A stretch of DNA of 64,000 nucleotides, taken from the NCBI GenBank assembly GCA_028534125.1, contig CM052816.1, positions 73,968,001-74,032,000 of the forward strand, read 5' to 3'. This stretch comes from Lama glama (lineage: Eukaryota). The position numbers and the translations under genes are program-made. Position 1 is the stretch's first letter; each line of letters begins with the position of its first letter. Positions 1-13,776 of this stretch are shown here, one piece after another. The notes under the pieces are model-generated. The model had not been told where the DNA came from. It made no database searches and saw only the letters and a list, made by a program, of their open reading frames with translations.

Positions 1-1451
1 AAACTTCACTAGCACAACATTACTGTCTGTTCAAGCCCACTGACTGATGTGTGCGTAGGAGGAATGAAAACTTAACAACACTGTAAGATTACTACCTGAA
101 GCTAGTTAATTGCCTGTGTCCCTCTATCAACATTCTTATCCATGCCAGGTCTTCAGTACAGCCACGAGGATCTGGGTCTAAGGAATTTCAGAACCTGTGA
201 CATTTGACTTAATCCCCTTTGGAGCCACTCAGGGAAAACTTAGAACAACTTTTGCTCCAAGAGTCTATTAAGAGTAAGACACACCATCAGCTGACCATGC
301 AAAGGCTCAGGACAAACACCAGCAAGGGTACAATGCCAAAGACACTGTTTTTAAAAGGGCATCTGTATCTTTATATAATCTTTTCAGTTTTTTTTTTTAA
401 TGGTCATGTTTTCAGGTTTTAGTCCTCCAGGGATCTTGAAGAGGTTCAGAAAGATCATCTTCTTCCTTATAATAGTCTAATTAGCTTTTCTCTTCTGAGG
501 GGCTTACCAAAAATGTAACAGAAAGGTCCTTCTCAGTCCAGCCTTCAGTGAGCTCTGGTGAAGGATTTTGTGCAAGTTTACAGCACTCTGAGCAGATGGC
601 TTCAGAAAAGACTGAAATAGGAAAGGCTCAGCAAAACAGATTAATAAAACTTCTTCTGCAAGTCTTCTTTAAGACTATTATATAATTTGACCTGTTAACT
701 AAAAAATGCTTACTATAAACTACTTGTAAAAAATAAGATGTTATGTGGGGTAGGCCCTTTTAAAAGTCTTTATGCGTTTTATATGAGAAGTCTGGAGATC
801 TATCACTTACTTTAAGCTTTGTAATCAACAATAATTCTATATACTATGTCCAAATTATCCTCCCTTCTTTTTGTTAAGAGAATGACTTGACTATAAAGAG
901 CTTTATGGCCACATCATTTACTGCATGAGCAAATGCTTTAGTGCCCTCTACTGGACATTTGTTGCATCTAGTCAGCTCCTAACTCCTCTTCAACAAGCAG
1001 TTACCTTTCAATGGTGGCTACAGCAAAGGCCACCCCGTCTCTCCTTCAAAGCCACCTGTGCAACAGCTGAGCCAGGGGCCACTGCCACAAAAGGAAAGGA
1101 TGAATCCTAAAGTGCTCTCCTGCCACTGCCTGTCCATGAGTCCTATGGTCGCTGACAGATTTCACAACCCCCACCCTGGGCCCCCTGCCTTGTCTGATCT
1201 GCACCCACCTCCAGGAACAAACCCCAGCCCCATTTCTACACATATAGATTTTTTCTAAGGGCTGAGCCCCTATCACCCTCCTGCCTGTCTGCTTCATCTA
1301 GCCAGCTCCGCTGGGATGTGGGTATGTGGAGCGAGCAGCTCACCCACCAGGTATTACTTAGGTAAACAGGGGACAGAGGAAGAGCTTGGGAGGCACAAGC
1401 TCAGAGAGATGATGCCAATCCACTCCCTGCCCCTGGATGTTTAGTAGCCAG

Positions 1452-1495
1452 ATGTGTGTGTGCATGTGTGTGTGCGTGCGTGCATGCGTGTGTGC
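1452..1495. repeat. Compound (TG/CG/CA)n alternating purine-pyrimidine microsatellite
   Basis: 44 nt of unbroken purine-pyrimidine alternation. Confidence 0.9.
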
Positions 1496-2076
1496 TGGGG
1501 TGCGGTGCAGAAGAGAATGTCCCCTTTCCCACAACCTCATTACAATTTCTCCTAACTCTCCAGAGTCCCCTAGAGAAAATGAGGCTCCTTTTGTAGGATC
1601 AAAAACAAGCAACCTGAACCCTGTAAGCTCCTGTTATCTGGCCCACTTCCTATCAGAAAGGGAAAAAAATTAGAGTCAGCATGGTATTCATTATTCAACA
1701 ACAGAAGGAAAAGAGAGGAGGAGGTAGGAATATAAGTGGTGGAGAGCTTCTTCACTTCCAAGTCTTGCTAGATGAGGCTACTGTTTACTGAGTAATAAAT
1801 GCTGGTTGGCTTGACATCAATCACCTCTTGAGTGAAAAATATTCTTTATAAGAGGATGTTGTAAAGGACTAAAAGTAATTCCTGTCATCAGAGAGCTCAC
1901 AATTTGGTTGCAAAGACCAGACTCATCAAAGGAAATAATTAAAAAGTAAAAAAGTATCAAATCCTTTAGTAAAAAATACATATTGGAAATTCCATAAATA
2001 TATACATACACACACAAAGTCCTCCTCTCTTTCTCATTAATGTATGGAAAAATAATCACCAAAGAATTAAAAACAA

Positions 2077-2177
2077 GGGAAAGTATAGCTCAATGGCAGA
2101 CCGTGCATGTGCTTAGCTTGCACGAAGTCCTGGGTTCAATCCCCAGTACTTCCATTTAAAAAAATGTATGTATATAC
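2077..2177 (+). mobile_element. tRNA-derived SINE (camelid Vic-1-like)
   Basis: A box TAGCTCAATGG, B box GGTTCAATCCC, A-rich tail; TSD TAAAAACA at 2068-2075 and 2178-2185. Confidence 0.85.
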
Positions 2178-2563
2178 TAAAAACAGTTATCTCTGGTGGA
2201 ACTCCAGATCTGTACTATTTTTTCAGCACTGTTGGAATTTCCCACAATAAGAATGTAGTATCTTAACAAAGAAAACGGGAATAAGTTAAACATCAACTTA
2301 TCGCGGATGCAGAGGAAACTGCTTATAAATATAATATTGTACACAGAATATGACATATGAATCCAGTTAGATAAAAATACACAGAGAAAAAGACTGAAAG
2401 AAAATAGACCAAATTATTAATGACCGTTTTTCCTCTAGGGGCTGCAGTCATTTTGTCTTTTTGCCTTTCACATGCTTTCTCATTTTCTAGAAAGTACATC
2501 AATCTTTACTTAAAGAAATCCAAATGTTAAATGATTATTCCCCCTCATTTTAAACTATCCTTA

Positions 2564-2833
<270 letters not shown>

Positions 2834-3499
2834 TTAATACAGGAATCAAGATCGTCATTTACATATGCATTTTTAAGAAAACGGTATATATTCAAAAGTG
2901 GACACTTCCTTTTAATGTCTTTGACCAGACCGTTTCAATTTTTTTCTAAAGACAGGTAACACTTTTATGACACTTTTTTTCCTGGAAAAAAAAAAAACTA
3001 CATGAAATTCCAACTCTTACTTAGTTAAGTCACAAAAGGAATTTCACTATTGCCAACTCCAGTCATCAATTACATTTCTTATGGCTCCACTGTCAATGAT
3101 GATGTGAGATGTGACCTACAGTCAGATTTGACATCATTCAAATCACTCAAGTTGAAGTTTTCATTTGCAAGTGTTCTGACTTATGGGGACTTTTCCCACA
3201 TAAATGACTCTTTTACTTAGAAATATTGTTACAAAGTGATTTTTGCCTCTAGTCCTCATTAAATTGTGTCTGAGAAAAGCAATCTATAAATGAAATAGAA
3301 GTAAAAATGTGAAGAGCTAACACACTTAAAACATGTAAAAATATATTCAGTTTAAAAATAAACAAAACACTAGCCAAGCAAGCACTGGGTACTAGCTGGA
3401 AAACCAGAGCCCACAAAAATCTCAGCTCTGTGGCAGACCATGAGTTTAACTCACAAACATCCATCCCACTACAGTGAATCCCAAACCTCCCTAATGGCA

Positions 3500-3650
3500 A
3501 CAATCACTCCGCGTACTTGTTAAAAATTCAAATTCCCAGGCCCCTTCCCAGACCCACTGAACTACAATTTCCAGCAGAGAGGCCAGAAGCTCTGTTTTTA
3601 GCAAGAGCTGCAGGTAATTCTTGCCAGAGGGAAATCTGGGAAATGATGGT
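3500..3650. mobile_element. MER5-like hAT-Charlie DNA transposon remnant
   Basis: cttgttaaaaattcaaattcccaggcccc...agacccactgaa...tgtttttagcaag resembles the MER5 core. Confidence 0.6.
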
Positions 3651-5903
3651 CTGAGCTTATCAGTCCCCCAGCAAGTGCCATAGTCGGAGAGTGGACACAA
3701 AGGTAGGACGTAAAAGGCAGGGCAGAAAAGGTAGGTCATGGTTGAGCAAGAGCTTATCTCCGTTTCTGCTGGCTGGAATGAGGAAGCGTGTAGCCCAGGT
3801 TGTCTCGGGAGGTCAACATGTAACTATAGGGGACATTAGCCAAAGCTGAGGACAGCAGAGACAAGAGACAGAAAGAACCTAGGCTTAGGTTAAAAAAAAA
3901 AAGTAAGTTAAGCAGTACTCTCAGTAAAATTACATTTTTAATTAATATGTAGAAAACAGAAATTATACTAAAATGTTAATAGTTATCTCTAGTAGGATTT
4001 TAGGGTATTTTATGTTCAGTTTTTGTACTTCTCATATTTTTCTGAATTAGGAGAATAAGCATGTATTATTTTTATGATCAGAATGAAAATAAACTGGATA
4101 AGTTATTGAATTGATTTATATTCTCTTTGTATTATGTAAAATAGGGCTATTTATTCCTATTTCACAGAGTAACTATAAAGAACAAATAAAATAAAGCATA
4201 TAGCACAATGCCTGGAAGAGAGGAAGCATTTAGTACAGGTGTCTTGCCAGCCGATTGTTTTTGTAAAGGAAGTTTTATTGGAATACACATTAAAAAAAAA
4301 AGACAAAAAAGAAAGTAAAGCCTTTATATTTCTAAACTTTGTAACAGAGACAACAGGCAAGATACTATTGTTATGAGAATTTTGTTACTTTTTAAAGAAT
4401 TCAAAAATTACACTCCTGTAATATCACTGGGTAATGAGTTGTCCTTAAGTCTTTAAGACATTTAACTGGAAATATATACCATTTGGCTTTCCAACAAGAA
4501 TTTACAATCAAGTATGTTTTCCAATATATTTAGACTTCATATTTATAATATGATACCAACCCCAGTCTCAAAATAGTGATTCGATTAACTAATGAGCTAC
4601 AATTCTTAGAAAAGCATTATATCAGATCAGCCACATCTTTCTTCTTTGTATACTTGAGTTATCTTCATAAACTGTAATTAAAAATGAAGTTAAGCAACAG
4701 CCATATTCTAGCTGTCTACTCACTGCATAATCTAAACCAATGACATCAACGTAACTTTTATAAATTCTCAGTAGTTAACCCAACACAGTTTCAAATCATC
4801 TCCAAATCAAATACATACATTTCCACTGTAATACTATTGGTCCACTACAATGAAAACTTGAACAACCTGCTTTCACCAGGCTTGGATGGTTTCAAAAACT
4901 TCACATCGGTAAACATTAAAAATAAAAAGCTAGGACTAATGATATGCTTAAGTCTGGCTATCCTTGGCTTGTGTCCTGGTTACTTCAGGAACATCTTTTC
5001 TCATTTCAGCCAGACAGCTTTTTATCAGTACATCACTTCTCTGAAATCCAGGTGAGCACTGTAAACCACATTCCATGGAACATTCTTTACTCTGAAATGT
5101 CATATTCTTTTCAACTGTGAATAGTTGCATTTCTTTGTCATCATTCTATATTCGAGATTAACAGTGGTATTACCCCTCTACTGCCCTCAGCTGATAGTCA
5201 ATAACTGCATGTTTCAACCTCGAAAAAGTATTGGAAGACATAAATGGTAACAACACTCAGCATGCATTTAATAAAAGCTAGTATTGTCTTCTGAAATGGA
5301 GAACCATGTTAATTAAACTTCTCTTTAAAGAAAGTCCAGGAAAATGTTGAAATGTCTGCTTTAAAGAAACAGGCACTGATCATAATCAAGGGCTGTCACT
5401 CAAGGGATCTACTGCTGCCCAATGCGCTTTACCTGCGTCCATCCGTTCGGTGCAGAGCACGACTCTCATCCCTCATCTGTCTCCTAGATCTCTCCCTTTC
5501 TTCACACTCACAAAATCTTTGTTCATGCCCTACTGAGTACCTACACACATTCTGAGCAGAAACAACACAGCAGAGCAATGTGTTAGAAAGTCAGGGCAGA
5601 GAGAACTCTGGTCCACATTGCTAATCTACGTGAAAATTCAACACTAAATACGAGTAGTCCGTTTACAGTTTCTATTTTTTTATTACATCGGCTGCACTGC
5701 GTCTGAGTCCTTAAATTCTTTTTCCCACTAAGTAATACATTTTCACTTTGAGTGAACTTTGAGAAAGTGGAAACGCTTTTAAATGGAAAGAGCTTACAGA
5801 GCAGTTTCAATGTGCTGCTTTAATTTATAAATTCTAAGGAAAGCATAATTTCTACCTGAAACAAGATAACTTACCTTAACAGCAATCGCTAGGAAAGCAC
5901 TCA

Positions 5904-5993
<90 letters not shown>

Positions 5994-7140
5994 CTAGGAA
6001 AGAAGGCAGAACCCATACGTTCAGGTCATGATCAACTGCCTATGAAAATCGTCAGCTACAAACTATGAATGCCTTGTACACAGTTAGCATCACTAACACA
6101 CCAGGTGGTGCCAGTGATGACAGTCCAGACCTCAACAGTATTGAGTTGGACAGACTTCCCCTTAACCTAACCACTGCTGTTTTTAAAAAGTTTTTTATTT
6201 TTTTTAACTGCTGGCAAAGGCCAACAACCTTCACTAAAAATAGCTTGGCAATCAGCATCTCGGTGTAAAAGCTACATACAGCGCCATCAGTATCACGCAT
6301 GTTAAAGACTGACAGGTTTTTTTCCCACTGTATCAAAGCTACTTCTACTCAAATCCCCAATGTAGCACTCTAGCTTCCTCTTCCCTTTCAAATTCTAAGA
6401 TTTTTCTATGTTCGTAAAACATCAAAATAAGTTTCAAAGATGTGTACAACTTTGGTGGTGAAATATCTACCTCAACTCCTATTTTGAGCTCAAATGCTTC
6501 TGAAATGTGCAGGTGACCAACTACCTATCTTTGGACTATTTTGAATGAACTGCACCTGAAATCCAAAGCAATGTAACTAATCTCCTGTGGAAGGACTGGA
6601 GCCAAGAAAGTCAAACAATTGCCCAGAAACAAGAGTCTTCCCCGCCTTCTAAGAAACAAAATAAAAACAGTGTTGTCTTCTAGTCTGGAATGGGCCTTCC
6701 TGAGAAAAGTCTTATTATACTTTCCAGTCCACTGAAGGCAACTCCTTGTTGCTGTTAAAAAAAAGCCACCCATAGAAACAGTAAAGTTTATAAATTCCCA
6801 CCCACCCGTCATGCCCACATCTCCTTCCGCCTCTTTAAGACCAGGCTAGTGAAACTGTGCTCCAGCAACCGCTAGGCAGTATCTCAGGTATCCTGTGATT
6901 TGACCTTAAAGGGGATAGTTTGCTTGTCAGGGAGAGGGGATCTACAGGAAAGGGGACAAAGAGGGACCACAGAGAACAAGCTAGCTCTGGGCTCCAAGGC
7001 ACCAACCCCACTCTATACATTGAAGCCCCACCACAGCTTTTAAAAACAAAAAAAGTTAAAATAAGCAAAAATCAAAGGACTGGGCCAAGTTATCCTGAAT
7101 CAAGAAAAAACAAAAGACCCTATCATTTAAAAGACAGAAT

Positions 7141-7947
7141 CCATTCTCCAGAGAGGGAAGAAGGGCTAGAAATGGAGTTAACGATCAATCACTCCTGCAC
7201 AATGGAGCCTCCATAAAAATCCCAAAAGTACAGGGTTCAGAGAGCTTCTGGGTTGCTGAACACACAGAGATGCAGAAGAGTGATGCCCAGAGAGGACATG
7301 TACGCTCCAGGCCCCTTCCCACATACCTTATATCTCTCCCAACAGGATGTTCATCTGTATCCTTTATCATATCCTTTCAAAATAAGCTGGTAAACAGTAA
7401 ATAAAGTGTTTTCCTGAGTTCTGTGAGCAGCTCTAGCAAACTAATCGAACTCAAGGAGGGGGTTGTGGAAACTTCTGATTTATAGCCGATCTCTCATAAG
7501 CACAGGTGACAACCTAGACTTGTGACTGGCATCTGAAGGGGGGGTTGGGGCAATCTTGTAGGACTGAGCCCCCTAACATGTGAGATCTGATGCTCTCTCC
7601 AGGTAGATCGTGTCAGAATTAAGTTAAACTGTAGGGCACCCAGCTGGTGTCACAGAATTGCCTGGTGTGGGGAAAATCCAAATTTTCCCCATACCAAGCA
7701 ATGTCCCCCAACATGCTTATTGGGGAGAGGGTGGTCTATAGGAAAGGGGAGAAAGAGGGACCAGAGAGAACAAGCTGGCTCTAGGCTCCAAAGGACCAGC
7801 CCCACTCTATGCACTGAAGCCCATGGCTGCTTCATTTCAAAAACAAATAAAATTAAAATAACTGGTGACCCAAAGTATCAGAAGTGAAGTGTTCTATATG
7901 AAAGTTAAGAGGGAACACAGGAGCAAGAGTGGAGTTTTTCCAAAACA
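7141..7947 (+). mobile_element. MER21-like ERVL LTR, interrupted at about 7680-7862
   Basis: gcctccataaaaatccc, aataaagtgttttcctgagttctgtgagc, gtgtcagaatt and terminal ggtgacc..agaagtgaagtgttct..ca segments resemble the MER21 family. Confidence 0.7.
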
Positions 7948-7949
7948 AT

Positions 7950-8460
7950 CAAGTCAGGGATTCCCTCATCTGCAAGAGAATCTGAACTCTAACATGACCT
8001 GTAAGAGAGGCCCCGCATCATCCAGCCCCAACCTACCTTTCCAGCATCATCTCGGATCACTCTCCAATTGCTCATCACACTCGAAACCAGTGGCCTTCAT
8101 TATTCCCCTAGAACACACTTGAACTCTTTCCCACCGCAGGGCCTTTATATGTGCTATTCCCCTGGCCTACAATCCTGAATCCCTGCTTTCTTCCTCCCCA
8201 GTCTTTAAGTCCCAACTCAAATGTCAGAGGAGTCTTCCCCATTGCCCTGATGACAGCAGCTTGTTCCCATTACTCACCAACATATCATCCTTTCATTTCT
8301 TTTACATCTAAAATTATCTTCTATATTTGTATGATTTTTTATTTCCTCGCTGGGGCTCATCCTAGCATGTAAGTTTCAAGTGGCAAGGATTTTGTTTGCC
8401 TTGTTCAAGCCACATCCCAGTTCCTAGAATAGTGCCTGGCATGTAAGCCATCAACCGATT
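7950..8460. mobile_element. L2 3' end remnant
   Basis: cagggccttt..tgctattccc..tcaaatgtc..ttttgtttgccttgttca..cctagaatagtgcctggcatgta is the typical L2 3' end. Confidence 0.65.
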
Positions 8461-9599
8461 GATCTTAGTTCATTCTAGACACGTAAGAACCCTCCACGCT
8501 TAAAGCAAACCCAAATAAAATACTATGTAATCTACCTTGATGAGTCCATCTGCTGTCTAATTCCTCAATACCTGAAAAGTATTTCTGTCATGTCACTAAA
8601 GCCCCTTAAGGTGCTATTTAAATTTTCAGTAGACAGTCAGTTTTCCACCTTTTAAAGGCTGACTGATTCTCCTTCCTTTACGCCTCTTCTCTTTTGTTTC
8701 ACTTTTTAATCCCTTACTTTCACAGCATTCGTCTCAACTTCCATGTACTTCCAAGAAAGATTCTAATCAAAACTGAGTAGTGGTTTTGTGCATCAAAGCA
8801 TTCGTCCAGTTCAAGAAGAGCAGCCAACTACTGGCCACCAGAAGTGCCAAACCTTTTCTCACGATCCTAAGAAGTCAAAATGTAATCACTTCACGCACCT
8901 CTGTGGTGGTGTTAAGTATCCTGGCTTCTTGCCATTGTCTTCATCTGGCCTGTTTTTAAAGTAATAAATAACTAGATTTCTCAAAGCTGCTATTACCTGT
9001 TTGTCATTTTTTCTATGAGATTTTGTGTGAGAGCTCTGGGTTGATAGAACAAAGTACTTAAGAGCACCAAGTAAACCTGCATCCTACAGAGTATCTGTAG
9101 GTAGCTGACAATGTTGAAGGACCTGTTTCCTTTACCTCGCCGAGGTGCTTATGTTGTCATCTGGTGTACGTGGCACTGAAGGGTCGTAACGTCATCTCTT
9201 CTTTCACCTAGCCATCCCCACCTCTCATCAACTGCTCCTCGCTGCTCTCCACGTAGACGAAAGAAACTGCACCCTTTCCCGCTGGCAAACACCCTCACTA
9301 CACCACCTCCCATTTCCTCTCCTCTTGACCCCAAATTTGGCAAAAACTGAGAAAATCAAGTCTTTCCTGAGCCAAAATGTCACAATTATTGGGAAGTTGA
9401 GAATTGGCTGAATGGTATCATGATGCTTTTTAAAAAACTGGTAATAAACCAGTCATCCAAAATCCCTTTAAGAATTCAAGTTAGCAAATGAAAAAGATCA
9501 AACAAAACAAGCTAGAACTTCCAGAAATGTCAATTCTTTCAAGTAATCTTAAGCAGCTTTGAGTCTCCACCATATATCTGTATGTGACACAAGTCATCA

Positions 9600-9851
<252 letters not shown>

Positions 9852-9879
9852 TTAGGCTCATATATCAAAATTATTAAAG

Positions 9880-10095
9880 AATAAGAATAACAGCTAACAT
9901 TTACATAGTAACTACTCTTCGTCAAAAATAGTTCTAGGTGCTTACTCCTTTCATCTTCACAACAATCCTATGGATAAGTAAAACTATTATCTTCATTTTA
10001 TAGGTGAGGAAACTGAGACACAGAAAGATGAAGAGATCTGACCGAGGTCCCTCAGCTAGTAAATGGCAGAGCCAGAAGTCTACCGCTGGCATCCT
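9880..10095. mobile_element. MIR SINE
   Basis: cattttataggtgaggaaactgagacacagaaag..gtccctcagctagtaaatggcagagcc MIR core. Confidence 0.8.
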
Positions 10096-10424
10096 GCCTA
10101 CAGAGACGCACCCTCACCCATGATTCTCCCTGACTTCTTCGTAATGAACACTGCAGAAGATCGGCTGGGATAAAAAAAGAAATGAAGGGAAGACAAGAAA
10201 ATGTTAACAATGCTTTTTCTTTGGCAGCTGGGACTACAGATACTTCATACTTTCCATTTTACTTTATCATATTGTCCAAATTTTCTTTGATGACTTCATA
10301 GTATTTATATGATGGGGGAAATCTTAAGAATCAAAAAATTAGACTAGCTATATGCTTGTACATAATAAAATTCCGACCTCAGAACGAAAAACATTTCCTT
10401 TGATCTCTGATGGTTGAAACCAGG

Positions 10425-10640
10425 GGATTTTGAGACAGAGTGACCTTGGTTCAAGTCAGAGTTCCACTACTAACTAGCTTTGAATGATCTCAGGCAAATT
10501 TCTTTAATTCTCTATGGTTTCCTCACCTTTAAAATGGGGACAAGAAGAGCCTCTCAGTGTTGTAGTGAGGACTAAATGAGATAATGCAGGTAAAGCACTT
10601 ATCATAAAGCCTGTCACATAAAGACTTGGTAAATATGTTT
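10425..10640. mobile_element. MIR SINE (opposite orientation to the 9880 copy)
   Basis: ttccactactaactagc..caggcaaatt..tttcctcacctttaaaatgggga..gaggactaaatgagataatgca..aaagcactt. Confidence 0.8.
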
Positions 10641-12974
10641 TTAGCTGAAGAAACACTGTATGTATCAAAAACTAGTAATGTATACCATCTTTTCTTTAAC
10701 AGGATATTTTTATTATGCTAATTTCATTACACATTAATTTCATTTTCATATTATTTTATACTTAAAAGGCCCTATGCACACTCTCAGGAACACACCCTCT
10801 ACCTTAATATTATAATGCAAAGATTAATATCATAATGCAAATATTATAATGATCCTATCCACCTGCCAGCTGACAAAAAAATACCTTTACCCAGTCATAT
10901 TTTTATAACATAATACTTCATATAATAATTACTACAAAAGCATGTAAGTAGTTAACACTACTACTTTAAGGTAAATCATTAGAGCAAGGAAACAATATTT
11001 TAGAGATTACATTATTTGTTAGTCATACTTCTGAATCTAAGTGATAGAAATTTGCAAAGAGTAAACATGATAAAAATTCAAAGACTACTGTAAGGAATTA
11101 ATTTTGGAATTAATGTTTTAAAAGATTCAGTTGCTACACTAAAAAAAAAAGAGACATAGGAAATGTGCAAGAAAACGTTGATAGTGGGGAAAAGTGATAA
11201 AAGTGGGCCTTTTTTTTTTGATGAGAGCAAAAAGGCTCAGAATGAGCAGCAATGAACTAGAAGGAGTATGTCTTCACGGTAACAGGGCCGTGTGTGTCAG
11301 TCAGATAACAACTGCGTGGGTAGGTACCCTGGACAGTTCATCTCAAACTCTGCCCTTTGCAAATACCAGCTCAGGACATAAGACGGTGACGCTTTAAATT
11401 TTGTCCCTAAATTCCCAAAAGCTCAAATTTCTGCCAATTCTGGGGCTATACTGGGTTAGCTAGAGAATAGACATGTTTGGACACCCTTTCATCCCTCATT
11501 TCAAGTAAAGCTATGCTGCTCTTATTGGATTTGTTTGCACTATCTCATTATCTCATTTGCTTAAAAGATTCTGCAGCTAAAAACCACTGATCAAGAGCTA
11601 CGGATTGGGATAACCTTTCACATGTGCGCATTTCCCATGACAAAATCAACAGCACCCTTAGAAGTTTATGTTGTACATCTTCTGTACAAAATTTCAAGTT
11701 CCACATCACATAACATAACTCTTCTGGAAACTAAATATGGTAAGATTTATGATGTCGCTTGGTATATAATTTATATCACAAAAAATATCTTCAAACCAAC
11801 CATTTGCCATATTACATTAAGGACAACAAAACATGTTTTTAACTTGTCATTTTTGCTTATTGCATCTCATTTATATCAAAAGTGAACAACTAAAAGCCAA
11901 AGTAGAACCTGTGGCACGTTTGATAGGCTACATCTAAGACATGAAAGCTAAGAAAACTTTCAGCTTATCTAACAGCTGTAAAAGGCTTTATTCAGATTAG
12001 TCTTTTTTCATGCACTGTTTCATGTTTTAAACATTTTCATTTGTTGGTGCCTCATTCATATTAGGAAGTTGTCACCACTAATAGTTTTCATGCTTAAAAT
12101 CTAATTCAACTAGTTTCTTAGGTGAGCTGATTTCATAAGCATCATCCGATTTCCAGATTTTTCCCACTCTCTAGGCAGTCAGCCATACACTGCACTTACA
12201 CAGTTACTTGTATCCTGTGGTGGACATGGTTACTCAGCCATTGCCACATTTCTCTGAGCTGAATGAGCCTTAGAATCCTTCTCAACATAGCCCTCTAGGC
12301 AATAAACAGGGAATGCATCAGTGCCGGGGGGCAAATGAAGTTTATGGCCATCTTGGCCGTAGTTAGCCTTCAGCAGTCAGCATGGGTTTTGACACCAGAT
12401 GAAACTTCCTCAAGTGCAGACATTTTCCTCATTCATTAAATATTTTATGAATTTACTACATAAAACCTAATTAAAGTGGTAAATCTACTAATTAAAAAAA
12501 ATTATATATCAGGTGGAACTATATGAAACTGCCCATATCCAACCATTTTTAACCCTATGGCAACACTGATTTATGGTAATTAAACTTATAATGGTAATAA
12601 TTTCACTATATATACATATATCAAATCATTGCTTACACCTTAAACTTACACAATGTTATATGTCAACTATAGTGCAATAAAACTAGGGGGGAAAAACAGT
12701 CATTTCAACCTAATATATACATATATACACACATACATGAAATACAATATATTCCTATTAAAGTACAGCTAAATCCTGAAGAACAAAATTTGGGGCATTA
12801 TGTATACAGAAATCAGAAGTACTTTCTTTAGCATAGAATTAGAGGCCTTATAATTAGTAAACTAGAATAAGACTTTCTACATTGCACCCTTTCCCTTTTT
12901 CATTCTTTATAACTAAAGTCTAAAAGAAGATAGTACTAAATCTATGTGAATTTTTTTTTTGGTTGTCATGTCTC

Positions 12975-13082
12975 TTTTTTTAATTAAAGTATAATCAATT
13001 ACAATGTGTCAATTTCCGGTATACAGCATAATGTTCCAATCATACATATATTCATTTTCATTATAGGTTACTACAAGACACT
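12975..13082 (-). mobile_element. Short L1 3'-terminal fragment, same family as the 26073-27266 element
   Basis: ttttttaattaaagtata..ttacaatgtgtcaatttccggtatacagcataatg matches the start of the 26073 L1 tail. Confidence 0.75.
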
Positions 13083-13545
13083 AATCATTTGTTCTAATTA
13101 TTATCACTACCCTTGCTATTGACTTCAGAAGGTTAGCTACTACAAAATATGAGTTGATCATATTAAGGTTTTTGGATAATTATAAGTTACTAATGCTATG
13201 GTTTATTTACCAGGTAGTTTTTGTGAAAACAGATATTAAGAAAAGTAAGTGTGCATTTCATTAAAAAAAAGAGGCATTTCCTCTGGTGGAAGGAAATATT
13301 ACTTCCCTTCCGCTCATGAAGATTAAAAAGGAGTATACAATCGCATGCAAAACAAAGAGCCACTTCCTATCTGATGACTGTGAAACAATACAAGTCTTAA
13401 CAATAATTCAAGTGCACTCTCAGAAGGCTGCGATCTCCAACAATCATTACAAGTAAAATCATTGTAAGAGAGAAGAGCTACAGTGAGCATGTTTCTATAG
13501 TACCATTGTGCTTCTGCTCAACTGGAATGGAAAAGAATCAACCTA

Positions 13546-13776
<231 letters not shown>

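Noticed and set aside
219..2062. Short 60-85 aa ORFs here and throughout the introns
   Set aside because: No homology recognised and no splice or phase support; background ORFs in intronic or repeat DNA
2077..2150. tRNA-like sequences with A and B boxes (also at 18.7, 28.4, 34.5 and 62.5 kb)
   Set aside because: A-rich tails, TSDs and mutual divergence identify them as SINEs, not tRNA genes
5010..5051. Exon-like 42-nt segment on the plus strand (tttcag|...CAG|gtgagc), antisense to NNT
   Set aside because: Isolated splice-like pairs occur by chance; no partner exons or other support
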